The notes under the pieces were generated by a model. That model was not told the origin of the DNA. It ran no database searches and worked only from the letters and a program-made list of their open reading frames with translations. From assembly GCA_964542745.1 (NCBI GenBank), contig CAZIVR010000007.1, forward strand, positions 379-64,378: 64,000 nt of DNA, written 5' to 3'. Below, one piece after another: positions 47,213 to 56,839 of the stretch; position 1 is the first letter of the stretch; each line of letters begins with the position of its first letter. The position numbers and the translations under genes were made by a program. This stretch comes from an uncultured bacterium. Its GTDB lineage: Bacteria; Eisenbacteria; RBG-16-71-46.

Positions 47213-50200
47213 GTGATTCGCGCGCCGCGCCGTGCCGGGATCCTCGCCGCCGTCCTGCTGCTCACCGCTTCGGCCGCGCACGCGGGGCGCGGCGCGTTCG
47301 CCTCGGATCCGGCCGCGCCGCTCTGGAGTGCCCCCGGCGCCCCGGTCGCGGGACTCCCGGCCGGCGCCGCGTTCCCGGGCTCGCTCACCGGTGCCACGCC
47401 TTCCGCATGCGACGGCTGGCTGCCGAACCGCGGACAGATCGCGGACGGGCACGGGCAGGTGGCGAGGGACGTGCTCTTCGCCACCCGTTTCCCCGGCGGT
47501 CGCGTCTACCTCACCACGCGCGGGTTCACGCACCTGTTCACGTCGCGGGTGGGCGAGGAGGAGCCCAAGGTCGCGGGCCGCGAGCGGAAGCGGCCGCCCT
47601 CCCGGCTCGTGGAGTGGAGCCGGCTCGACCTCGAGCTGGTGGGCGCCACGATCCGTCCCGAGGCCGCCGTGCCGGGCCGGGTGCGGGCCGACCGCGGCGT
47701 GTCGCACTTCTACCTGCCGCACTGCCCGGACGGTGTCCTCGACGTTCCTTCCTACGGCGAGGTGGTGCTGCGCGAGGTGTATCCGGGCGTGGACTGGGTG
47801 GTGCGGGGCGACGCGGAGACCGGCGCGCACCACGACTTCGTGGTGAAGCCGGGCGGCGACCCCGCGCGGATCCGCTTCGAGATCTCGGGCGCCACCGCGA
47901 TCGAGCTCTCGCCCGACGGCCGCGGGCTCACGCTTCGCACCGCGCTCGGCGACGTGCGCGAAGGGGCGCTGCTCTGCACCCAGGGCGAGGGGAAGCGGCC
48001 GGTGGCGGCGCGCTTCCGGCTCGAGGGCCGCACGCTGTCGTTCGACGTCGGCGACTACGACCGCGCCGAGCCGCTGGTGATCGACCCGCCGATGGTGTGG
48101 TCCACCTATTTCGGCGGCGAGGACTTCGACGGCCCCAACACCGTCGTCTGCGACAACGCCTCGGGCTCCGTGTACGTGGTCGGCTACACCGCCTCCGACA
48201 CGCTCCAGACGCTGGCGGGCGGTTACTACCAGGGCGTGATGGGCGGCTCGGTGGACGGCCTGATCCTCAAGTTCAGCCAGCTCGGGGCGCTGCAGTGGGC
48301 CACGTACTACGGAGGCGGCGGCGGGGACTACTGCACCGACGCCGCGCTCGATCCTTCCGGCAACCTGTTCGTTTCGGGAGGGACGGGATCGAGCAACTTC
48401 CCGGTGCAGTTCCTCTCGGGCGCCTACAACCAGCTCACCACCGGCGGCGGGCAGGACGGGTTCTTCCTCAAGTTCAACTCGCTGGGCGCGCGGCAGTGGG
48501 CCACGTACTACGGCGGGAGCGGCGACGACCAGGCCAACGGGATCGCGTGCGATCCGAACGGCAAGCTCTACGCGTGCGGGCAGGCCATGTCCACCGACCT
48601 GCCGCTCCAGAACCCGGGCGGGGGCGCCTTCATGGACCTCACGCGCGGCGGCAGCGAGGACGCCTTCGTGGCGCGCTTCGGCACGCTGCACTCGCTCGAG
48701 TGGGCCACCTACGTGGGCGGGGACTCGCTCGAGAACGCGGCGGGGATCACCGTGAACGCGGGCCGGCTCTACGTGACCGGCTACACGTGGTCCCCGGACT
48801 TCCCGCTGCTCGACCCGCTGGGCGGCGCCTACTTCCAGCCCACGCTCGCCAGCGGCCAGGACGCCTTCTTCACCCAGTTCACGCCGGCCGGCGTGCTCAC
48901 CTGGTCCACCTTCTACGGCGGGGACGACCTCGACACCGCCAACGACCCGGTGATCCTGCCGAACGGCAACGTGACGATCCTCGGCTTCAGCAAGTCCACC
49001 GATCTCCCCACCTGGTTCCTCGGGGGCGCCTACAACGTCGCGGCGCTCTCGGGCGGGTTCGACCTCTACCTCGCCGAGTTCACGCCGGGCGGCGTCCCGG
49101 TGTGGGGCACCTACTTCGGGGGCAGCGGCGACGACTGGCTGATCCGCGGCGAGGGCAAGCCGATCACCGTGAGCGCCGCGGGCGAGGTGGTGATCACCGG
49201 CGTCACCGCGTCGAGCGACTTTCCCACGCTGAACCCGGGCGGCGCCTACTTCGACAACACGTGGGGGGGCGGAACGGACGCGATCCTCGCCCGCTTCCTG
49301 CCGACGCGCGCGCTCTCGTGGTCCACCTACCTCGGCACCACCTCCACCGACTTCGGCAACGGCGTGGCCTTCGGCACCGGCGGCTGCCTGTTCGCGACCG
49401 GCGAGTCGTGGGAGTACGGGTCGTTCCCGATCGTGAATCCCGGGCTCGGCGCGCTGGTGGACTCCACCAACCACGGCATCGACGACATCTACGTCACCAA
49501 GTTCTGCACCCCGAATTCGGCGTGCTGCCAGGACTTCACCTGCGTGCCGGCGCTGTCGCAGGCGCACTGCTTCAGCATGGGCGGCACCGCGTTCTATCCC
49601 AACCAGCCCTGCGCGAACGTGTCGTGCACGATCCTGTGCACGATCTGCGGGAAGAAATTCCACGACCTGAACCGGAACGGCGTGCAGGACTCGGGCGAAC
49701 CCGCGCTCGCGGGCTGGACCCTCGAGCTCTACTACCCGAACGGGCCGCTCTACGCGACCACGGTCACCGACGGCTCGGGCAACTACTGCTTCAGCGCGAT
49801 CCCGTGCGGCACGTGGGAGGTGCGCGAGCGCAACCAGTCCGGCTGGGTCGCGACCGCCCCGGCCGGCGGTGTCCACAGCGTCACGCTCGGCACCGGCTCC
49901 ACCCAGAACGGCGTCAACTTCGCCAACTTCGGATGCGCGCCCTCCACGCCCTGCATCCCGTCCCCCTCGTGGCTCGCGGCGTGGTGGCCGCTCGGCGACG
50001 GCCCGGGCTCATCCGTGGCGGCCGACGCCGCGCACCTCGATCCGGCCCGGAACGTGGCGCAGCTCGAGGGCGGGGCGTCGCTCGACTCGACGTCGCTCGG
50101 CGTCGCGACCGCGGCCGACGGCGCGCGCGTGCCGCACGCGGGCCAGCTCGGCCTCGACTTCGGCGACGGATCGTTCTCGATCGCCGCGTGGCTCCGGGCC

Positions 50201-51682
50201 GAGGCGGGTACCGCGAGCCCTCGCGTGGTCGCCGCGCGTCGCGCGCTCGACGGCGGCACGGGCACCGTGAAGGGCTGGGCGATCGCGCTCGACGGGATGC
50301 AGGCGGTGCTCGACCTGCACGCCGGCGGCTCGGCCCAGTCGGCGCCGGGTCCGGACGTGGCGGCGGGGACGTGGTCGCACGTCGCGGTCACCCTCGACCG
50401 CGCCGCGGGCCAGGGCCGCTGGTACCTGGACGGCGTCCACGTTCCGTCCTTCGACTTCACGCCGCTCGCGGGCGACGTCACCGCCGCGGCCGACCTGACC
50501 CTCGGCCGCAACGACCCGGGCTACGCCCCGAGCGCGGGCTTCGACGGGAGGATCGGCGACCTGGCGCTCTTCACCGCCGCGCTCTCGAGCGCCGACGTGG
50601 CGAAGGCCGCGGGTCCCGGGCTCCCGCCGATCGGGTTCTGCCCCGAGTACGTGGCGTTCCCCGCCGTGACCACGATCTGCCAGGGCCAGACCTCGAGGCA
50701 GGTTTGCTTCACGATCTGCAACTCGAACCCGACCGCCCAGACCTACCAGTGGTCGCTCGCGGGGCTCCCCTCGGGCGCCGGCTGCACCGACGCGGGGCCG
50801 CTCAGCTTCAGCCCCGCCTCGGGCAGCGTCACGGTGCCCGCCGGGGGCTGCTCGACGCCGATCTGCGTCACGATCCAGCGGCCCGCCGGCTTCACCGCCC
50901 AGAACGCGACCTCGTGCTTCGCGTTCACGTTCCTGAACGCGGCGACCGGGCGCTGCCAGACGCGCACCGGGAAGCTGCGCGTGGACAACAGCTGCTGGTG
51001 CGCCACACCGCCGGCCGCGGTGACCAACGTGGCGGCGCGGATCCCGGCCGGGACCGCGATCGGGATCGGGCTCGGCCACCCGTGCGACCCGCCCGCGACG
51101 CTCGCCTACCGGCTCACCCCCGAGTGGCTCGACCCGGAACACCCGGACCCCGTGGCGCTCAGCCTCAATGGCCTGCCGCCCGGCATGCCGGTCACCGGCG
51201 AGATCACGCTCGGTTCGGGATCGCCGGGCCAGGTGGACGTGGTGGCGCGCTACCCGAAGGGCTACGACCCCTTCGCGCTCTACGAGATCGTGCTCGAGGC
51301 CGACACCGACGGCGACGGCATTCCCGAACGGCTGGCCGGCGCGGTGGTGCGCCCCGCGTACGATTCGGTCGCGAGCACCGCGGTGCCCTCGGGCCCCGGC
51401 GTCGCGGCGCCGGCGTCGCTGCGCGCGAGCCCCAACCCGTTCTTCGCGCGGGCCAGCGTCGAGCTGGTGCTGCCGCGGGGCGGCGACGCCGAGGTGACGG
51501 TCTTCGACCTGGGCGGCCGCCGGGTGCGCACGCTGGCGCGCGGGAGCTTCGAGCCGGGCGAACACCGGCTGGCCTGGAACGGCCACGACGACGCGGGCCG
51601 CCGGGTTCCCGCCGGAATTTATTTCCTGCGCGCCGTCGCCGATGGGCGTAGGCTCGAGGCGAAGCTGGTGAAGTTGAGATGA
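47213..51682 (+). CDS. Giant secreted multidomain protein. Order: N-terminal domain, SBBP beta-propeller repeats, SdrD-B/CarboxypepD_reg-like Ig domain, LamG/concanavalin-like domain, further Ig-like domain, shared C-terminal sorting-type domain.
   Basis: Signal peptide. At least eight SBBP-type repeats (W.TY.GG.GDD...G...D..GN.YV.G.T.S.DFP). Ig-like CTICGKKFHDLNRNGVQDSGEPALAGWTLELY. LamG-like DGSFSIAAWLR...GRWYLDGVHV...GRIGDLALF. C-terminal tail SPNPFFARASV...VFDLGGRRVRTL...WNGHDDAGRRVPAGIYFLRA...KLR. Confidence 0.7.
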   Translation: MIRAPRRAGILAAVLLLTASAAHAGRGAFASDPAAPLWSAPGAPVAGLPAGAAFPGSLTGATPSACDGWLPNRGQIADGHGQVARDVLFATRFPGGRVYLTTRGFTHLFTSRVGEEEPKVAGRERKRPPSRLVEWSRLDLELVGATIRPEAAVPGRVRADRGVSHFYLPHCPDGVLDVPSYGEVVLREVYPGVDWVVRGDAETGAHHDFVVKPGGDPARIRFEISGATAIELSPDGRGLTLRTALGDVREGALLCTQGEGKRPVAARFRLEGRTLSFDVGDYDRAEPLVIDPPMVWSTYFGGEDFDGPNTVVCDNASGSVYVVGYTASDTLQTLAGGYYQGVMGGSVDGLILKFSQLGALQWATYYGGGGGDYCTDAALDPSGNLFVSGGTGSSNFPVQFLSGAYNQLTTGGGQDGFFLKFNSLGARQWATYYGGSGDDQANGIACDPNGKLYACGQAMSTDLPLQNPGGGAFMDLTRGGSEDAFVARFGTLHSLEWATYVGGDSLENAAGITVNAGRLYVTGYTWSPDFPLLDPLGGAYFQPTLASGQDAFFTQFTPAGVLTWSTFYGGDDLDTANDPVILPNGNVTILGFSKSTDLPTWFLGGAYNVAALSGGFDLYLAEFTPGGVPVWGTYFGGSGDDWLIRGEGKPITVSAAGEVVITGVTASSDFPTLNPGGAYFDNTWGGGTDAILARFLPTRALSWSTYLGTTSTDFGNGVAFGTGGCLFATGESWEYGSFPIVNPGLGALVDSTNHGIDDIYVTKFCTPNSACCQDFTCVPALSQAHCFSMGGTAFYPNQPCANVSCTILCTICGKKFHDLNRNGVQDSGEPALAGWTLELYYPNGPLYATTVTDGSGNYCFSAIPCGTWEVRERNQSGWVATAPAGGVHSVTLGTGSTQNGVNFANFGCAPSTPCIPSPSWLAAWWPLGDGPGSSVAADAAHLDPARNVAQLEGGASLDSTSLGVATAADGARVPHAGQLGLDFGDGSFSIAAWLRAEAGTASPRVVAARRALDGGTGTVKGWAIALDGMQAVLDLHAGGSAQSAPGPDVAAGTWSHVAVTLDRAAGQGRWYLDGVHVPSFDFTPLAGDVTAAADLTLGRNDPGYAPSAGFDGRIGDLALFTAALSSADVAKAAGPGLPPIGFCPEYVAFPAVTTICQGQTSRQVCFTICNSNPTAQTYQWSLAGLPSGAGCTDAGPLSFSPASGSVTVPAGGCSTPICVTIQRPAGFTAQNATSCFAFTFLNAATGRCQTRTGKLRVDNSCWCATPPAAVTNVAARIPAGTAIGIGLGHPCDPPATLAYRLTPEWLDPEHPDPVALSLNGLPPGMPVTGEITLGSGSPGQVDVVARYPKGYDPFALYEIVLEADTDGDGIPERLAGAVVRPAYDSVASTAVPSGPGVAAPASLRASPNPFFARASVELVLPRGGDAEVTVFDLGGRRVRTLARGSFEPGEHRLAWNGHDDAGRRVPAGIYFLRAVADGRRLEAKLVKLR

Positions 51683-51711
51683 CCGGGAGGCCCTGAGTCG
51701 GGAGGCGTCCC

Positions 51712-52962
51712 ATGAAACGCACGATGCTCGCGCCCACGATGCTCGCGCTCGCAGCCCTCGTTGCGGCGGCGGGCTGCCGCCGCCCCTTCGCGCCCGAGGG
51801 CGAGCGCGCGGCCCGCGGGGCCAACGGCGAAGCGGCCCGCAGCGCCGCCGCCCGCGGATGGATGGCGTGGCTCCGCTTCTCGGGGGCCACGGTGTCGCTC
51901 GACCGGAACCTCGAGCCGCGGCCCGACAGGCCCGGCTGGACGGACGTGCTCGCGCCGGGCCCCGAGGGCGCGCCGCCCGACACGGTGCCCGCGTTCGCCC
52001 GGCTCGAGTGGGTCCGCTGGAGGCCCGCGGCCGCGGGCCGCTCGGAGCCGCCGGCGGCCGGGCGCGCCGGGCGCGGCGAAGGCGACGACCCGCACGCCCG
52101 CGAGCCCGGGCCGGCGTTCGCGCCGGGCCACCACGAAATGGTGCTGACGGCGCCGGCCCACGCGGGCGGCGGCACCGTCACCGCACGCTTCTTCTCCGGT
52201 TTCGTGCCGGGCGTGTGGTGGGCCGGGCCCGACCCCGACCGCTGGCCGGCCGCGAGCGACGGCGACGGGCGCGCGGTGGACGTCACCGACTGGGCGAGCC
52301 TCGCCACCGTGCCGGCGTGGCCCCCGGACGGGCGCGCCACCTTCGGCGCCGACTCGTTCCGCGTGATCCCCTCGCGGCGGGCTCCGGTGGGAGGGAACTT
52401 CGACCGGCGCACCTTCTACGAGATCCACGGCAACCGCATCTACGCCCGCGAAGAGAACGACACCGTGCACCGGGGAGCGTGGATCGTGGTGAGCCTCGGC
52501 GGCTACGACCGGGACTCACCGTATTCGCCGCTGGTTGACCCGCTCGATCCCGCCCTGCCGGCCGGCTACGCGGCCGATCCGGGGCGCTACCCCGTGCTGA
52601 ACCCGGCCGGCCTCGAGGGCTCCCCGATCGGGTTCCGGGTTCGCGTCTCGATCAAGCTCCCCGACGGCCGGATCGTGCGGCTGCCCGCGGGGCCCACGTT
52701 CCCGAACTTCGATCCCACGTCGGTCTTCCGCCAGCCCCAGGTGCTGGGCTACTGGCCGGCCCAGCTCGAGGGCCGCGCCTACGTCGAGGTGCGCGCGGTG
52801 GACGCGCACGGGCTGCTCTCGCCGGCGCTGCCGGACCCGGTCGCACTCGCGGACCGCGTGGACGCGGGCGGCGGAACTCCCCGCGAACGGCTGGAGCGGC
52901 GCCGCATCCTCACCTTCCGGATCGCCGCGCCCGCCCAGGCGAGGACGGTCGCGGCGAACTGA
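51712..52962 (+). CDS. Hypothetical lipoprotein encoded immediately after the giant secreted protein
   Basis: Signal peptide with lipobox (LAALVAAAGCRRP). Non-biased composition in the C-terminal two thirds. Confidence 0.45.
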   Translation: MKRTMLAPTMLALAALVAAAGCRRPFAPEGERAARGANGEAARSAAARGWMAWLRFSGATVSLDRNLEPRPDRPGWTDVLAPGPEGAPPDTVPAFARLEWVRWRPAAAGRSEPPAAGRAGRGEGDDPHAREPGPAFAPGHHEMVLTAPAHAGGGTVTARFFSGFVPGVWWAGPDPDRWPAASDGDGRAVDVTDWASLATVPAWPPDGRATFGADSFRVIPSRRAPVGGNFDRRTFYEIHGNRIYAREENDTVHRGAWIVVSLGGYDRDSPYSPLVDPLDPALPAGYAADPGRYPVLNPAGLEGSPIGFRVRVSIKLPDGRIVRLPAGPTFPNFDPTSVFRQPQVLGYWPAQLEGRAYVEVRAVDAHGLLSPALPDPVALADRVDAGGGTPRERLERRRILTFRIAAPAQARTVAAN

Positions 52963-53006
52963 GCGGACCCCCCGGCGCGCGGCCCGGGGGCGGACAGGAG
53001 CTGTGC

Positions 53007-54791
53007 GTGAGTCACATCGTGTCCAGGTGCTGGCGACTCGTGCCGACTGCGGCACTGGGCGTAGCCGTCGCGATGGTCCACTTTGTCGCAGCTGCGCTCG
53101 CGTTGCCGACAGGACGAGCGTGGACCCCAATGGACACGACGAAAGTTCCCGGCCACACCCGGGTCTATCCTAGCCGGCTGGACTTGGACCCCGGCGGCTT
53201 GCCGCTGGTGTTCGCTTCGGGAGTCGGAGGAATCGGCTACGACGAGCACGTACTTCGCTGGAATGACTCGGCATGGCTCGTCGTGCAGCAGCTTGGGTAC
53301 CTGACTTCGCCGCTTCACACGGTGGTCTCCACGGAGAACGTAACGTCGCTAGTGTGGCAGACATATGACCGGATCGCCCTGCCCGGCGTGCCCTACCTGG
53401 CTTGCTATCTCGTGTCCGCCGAGTTCGTGGACGATCGCTACTCCAAGTTGGACACGATCAGTACCGTGTTCAGTGGGAACTTCGTTTACTCCGCCGCGAC
53501 CTCCGCGCGTAGGCGCTGGGCGGTCAAGAGCGATGGCCCCTATCGGATGCGCGCGTGGTACTCAGACACTGCGAAGGTCTGGCACGGGGTGTTTCTGCCC
53601 GGCGGAGGGGGTTACGGGGCGGCGGTGGCGGCGATAGACGACACGTCAGCGCTCGTGACCTGGCTCGACTTCGGAGCTCCGATCCGGTGGGGGATCCTCC
53701 GGGGGAGCGTGTGGGAGGACGGGGGGATCGTTCCAGGCAATGTCTTTCCACTCGCCCAGTTTCCCCACTTCCGCCGCAGCCCGAGCGGGACACTGTGGAT
53801 GGCGTGGTCCACGGATCGTGAGTTCATTCAGTACACGACCTACCGCAACGGCGCCTGGGCGCTTCCCGAGTCGCTGAGTGCGCCCAAGCCGACGGCCGGC
53901 AGATGGGTATCCAAGGAACTCCGCCCGAGCCGCGACCGGTGGGAGTTGCCGGTGATCACGTGGGTTGAGCACAACGCATCGAGGGGCTATCTCGGCACGG
54001 TGTGCGTGAGCGTGCCGACGGAGACGGGCCATCCGCCCGGCGAGAACCTCGCCGGCACCGACGACGCGATCTTCGCCGAGTCGGTGCGCGACAGCCTGGG
54101 CGACGTGTGGCTGGTGTGGCGATCGTCCAACAACGGCATGTTCTGGACGCACAGCTACGTGAGGGCCACCGCCACGAAGCCGCGCCTCACGCACCACGGC
54201 CGGCGCCGCACGCTTTCGTGGACGCTCTCCGAACCCGCCCCCGGCTCGTGGTGGACGGTGCTGCGCTCGCGCGGCGATGGGCCATTCGAGGAAGCCGCGC
54301 AGGTGCAGGCGGGCGAAGGGCTCGACGTGTCGTGGGCCGACGACTCGCGTTTGCGCGGCGGGCGAGGCGCCGCGCTCGTCGCGGACGACGAGACCGACCA
54401 CGGCCGTAGTCGCGCCCACGTCCGCTACAAGGTGCGCCGCGACTGCCTCGACACGCGCTACCAGTGGGAGAGCGAGGAAGTCTCGTGGCCGCCGCGGGTG
54501 GCGCACGATCCACCCCGGCACCAGCCGCGCCTCAAGCCGCCGCTCCGGCCGTGGCGCGGGGACGCGATGCTCGAGGTCGCCGACGCGGCCCCGGGAGCGG
54601 TGCAAGTAGCGCTCTACGACCTGCAGGGACGCGAGGTGATGTCGGAGCGCGTGGAGCGTTCGGCCGAAGGGGGCATCCGGTTCCCGCTCGATCGAGCCCG
54701 CGAGCCGCTCCGCGCGGGCGTCTACTTCGCCCGGGTGCGCGATGCCTCGGGCGCCTGGTCCGGGGCGGTGCGGGCGGTGGTGCTGAGGTAA
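53007..54791 (+). CDS. Secreted hypothetical protein with the shared C-terminal sorting-type domain (paralogue C). Lower-GC N-terminal part.
   Basis: Signal-like N-terminus. About 55-62% GC over the 5' 1.1 kb, against about 72% elsewhere. The last about 200 aa are near-identical to paralogue D. Tail ...VALYDLQGREVMS...GVYFARV...VVLR. Confidence 0.6.
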   Translation: MSHIVSRCWRLVPTAALGVAVAMVHFVAAALALPTGRAWTPMDTTKVPGHTRVYPSRLDLDPGGLPLVFASGVGGIGYDEHVLRWNDSAWLVVQQLGYLTSPLHTVVSTENVTSLVWQTYDRIALPGVPYLACYLVSAEFVDDRYSKLDTISTVFSGNFVYSAATSARRRWAVKSDGPYRMRAWYSDTAKVWHGVFLPGGGGYGAAVAAIDDTSALVTWLDFGAPIRWGILRGSVWEDGGIVPGNVFPLAQFPHFRRSPSGTLWMAWSTDREFIQYTTYRNGAWALPESLSAPKPTAGRWVSKELRPSRDRWELPVITWVEHNASRGYLGTVCVSVPTETGHPPGENLAGTDDAIFAESVRDSLGDVWLVWRSSNNGMFWTHSYVRATATKPRLTHHGRRRTLSWTLSEPAPGSWWTVLRSRGDGPFEEAAQVQAGEGLDVSWADDSRLRGGRGAALVADDETDHGRSRAHVRYKVRRDCLDTRYQWESEEVSWPPRVAHDPPRHQPRLKPPLRPWRGDAMLEVADAAPGAVQVALYDLQGREVMSERVERSAEGGIRFPLDRAREPLRAGVYFARVRDASGAWSGAVRAVVLR

Positions 54792-54972
54792 GGGGGCGTC
54801 GGTCAACGGCCCCATGAGCTCTCCACTCCCTGCGCCGGAGGTATTCGAGCCCTGCAGGCCGTGATTTCAGGGCGTGACAGGGGCCCGGCTGCGGCTCATG
54901 CTGATTGGCACCCCGCCATTGGCGCGGCTTGAACGCAGCCCGGACGCCGTACCCGTATCGAGCATTTCCTTG

Positions 54973-56736
54973 ATGGTCAAGAAATCGCCCGCTCCGCTCA
55001 TCGTGCTCCTCGGCCTCCTCGAGGCGACGGTTTGTCTGGCATTGCCGCAGGGCAAGGCATGGGTCCCCACAGTACCGATTGAGTTGCCGGGTTTCGTCTA
55101 CCTTGGGCCCCCTCGTTTCGATTGGAACGGGAAGATGCTCTACCTCCAGACGATGCCTCGCAGGGACTTCGGTGGGGACGCACGGGGGTTCCTCTGGTCG
55201 GATTCAACGTGGGTGGAGACGTGGCGTCTCGGCTATCCCACCCTGATCTTCTGGCCGGTAATCTCGCCCAACATCGCCGAGACTTACCTCGTGTGGGGCG
55301 GGGCGAGCGCGAGCACGGCGGGGACCTACCAACTGGCGCAGTTGCTGGGCAACGAGCTATCCCCCCCCGACACCATCGCCCGCGTGGCCGTCGGCAGAAC
55401 GGAATACGCCGCCGCCGTGGCGGAGCGCCGCCGGTGGTTCGTGGTTCACGATCGAATCCCGAATCCCGGTGGCGTGGGCTCGACCGACGCCCTGAGAATC
55501 TTTTACTCCGATACCGCGAAGGCCTGGCGCGAAGCTCCCATCGCTGGCAGCGCCGGCTTTGGCGTGACCATCGCGCCGTTGGACGACACGACGGCCGTCG
55601 TGGTCTGGGCGAGCAGCAGGTATCCGGAGAAACTTCAATGGGGCCTGCTGCGCGGCCGGGAATGGATCCCTCGAGGGTTGCTGAGCGACGAGGGGTTTCC
55701 GATCCGCCCGCGATTCCGCCGCCGCCCGGGCGGAGGCTACTGGCTGAGCTGGGGAACCGAAGGCCCCGACGTGATGCTCTCCTCCTTCGTCGGGGGCGTC
55801 TGGTCCCCGCCGCTACGAATCACGGCGGACTACGTCGTCGAGCCGCACAACCAGCACTTCGCCGAGGACACTGACATGAGCCGCGACGAGGCGGAATACC
55901 CGGTCGTTGCCTGGGACACGCAGTCTCCGTTCTCGGGTGGCGAGATCGCGGTGAGCTTTCCTCTCGCGGGCGGCTACTCGCTGGGTGAGGTTGTGCCGGG
56001 TTCTGGCGTGGGCGTCCTTCCGTCGGTCGCGCGAGATCTCAATGGCGACACCTGGATCGCATGGTGGCGAGAGTTCGGCCCCACCCGCTGGACCCACACG
56101 TACACGCGCGCCACAGCGGCGGACATTCGCCTGAAGTCCGGGCGCAAGGGCCGGACAGTGACGTGGACGCTCTCCGAACCCGCCCCCGGCTCGTGGTGGA
56201 CGGTGCTGCGCTCGCGCGGCGATGGGCCATTCGAGGAAGCCGCGCAGGTGCAGGCGGGCGAAGGGCTCGACGTGTCGTGGACCGACGACTCGCGTACGCG
56301 CGGCGGGCGTGGCGACGCGCTCGTCGCGGACGACGAAACCGACCACGGCCGCGGTCGCGCCCACGTCCGCTACAAGGTCCGCCGCGACTGCCTCGACACG
56401 CGCTACCAGTGGCAGAGCGAGGAGGTCTCGTGGCCACCGCGGGTGGCGAACGACCCGCCGCGGCACCAGCCGCGCCTCAAGCCGCCGCTCCGGCCGTGGC
56501 GCGGGGACGCGCTGCTCGAGGTCGCCGACGCGGCCCCGGGAGCGGTGCAAGTAGCGCTCTACGACCTGCAGGGGCGCGAGGTGATGTCGGAGCGCGTGGA
56601 GCGCTCGGGCGAGGGGGGTCTCCAGTTCCCGCTCGATCGGGCCCGCGAGCCGCTCCGCGCGGGCGTCTACTTCGCGCGGGTGCGCGACGCCTCCGGCGCG
56701 TGGTCCGGGGCAGTGCGGGCGGTGGTGCTGAGGTAG
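54973..56736 (+). CDS. Paralogue D of 53007..54791, with the same near-identical 3' end
   Basis: Signal peptide MVKKSPAPLIVLLGLLEATVCLA (the track ORF starts at 54874). The N-terminal domain has diverged (for example WYSDTAKVWHG versus FYSDTAKAWREA). The 3' ~600 nt are almost identical to 54190..54791. Confidence 0.6.
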   Translation: MVKKSPAPLIVLLGLLEATVCLALPQGKAWVPTVPIELPGFVYLGPPRFDWNGKMLYLQTMPRRDFGGDARGFLWSDSTWVETWRLGYPTLIFWPVISPNIAETYLVWGGASASTAGTYQLAQLLGNELSPPDTIARVAVGRTEYAAAVAERRRWFVVHDRIPNPGGVGSTDALRIFYSDTAKAWREAPIAGSAGFGVTIAPLDDTTAVVVWASSRYPEKLQWGLLRGREWIPRGLLSDEGFPIRPRFRRRPGGGYWLSWGTEGPDVMLSSFVGGVWSPPLRITADYVVEPHNQHFAEDTDMSRDEAEYPVVAWDTQSPFSGGEIAVSFPLAGGYSLGEVVPGSGVGVLPSVARDLNGDTWIAWWREFGPTRWTHTYTRATAADIRLKSGRKGRTVTWTLSEPAPGSWWTVLRSRGDGPFEEAAQVQAGEGLDVSWTDDSRTRGGRGDALVADDETDHGRGRAHVRYKVRRDCLDTRYQWQSEEVSWPPRVANDPPRHQPRLKPPLRPWRGDALLEVADAAPGAVQVALYDLQGREVMSERVERSGEGGLQFPLDRAREPLRAGVYFARVRDASGAWSGAVRAVVLR

Positions 56737-56839
56737 CACGCCGGCCGGCATCCGGGTCGCGAAGCTCGTGAAGCTGCGCTAGGGCAAAGCGCCCAGCCCC
56801 CGCGCCCCGAGCCCGCATCACTCGGCGGCGCGCCCGGCG

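Noticed and set aside
44072-49876. 1934-aa ORF on the minus strand spanning paralogue B and the SBBP giant
   Set aside because: The translation is extremely Arg/Gly/Ala/Pro-rich and low in complexity, with no motifs. It is antisense to two well-supported plus-strand genes. This is a typical open alternative frame in a ~72% GC genome.
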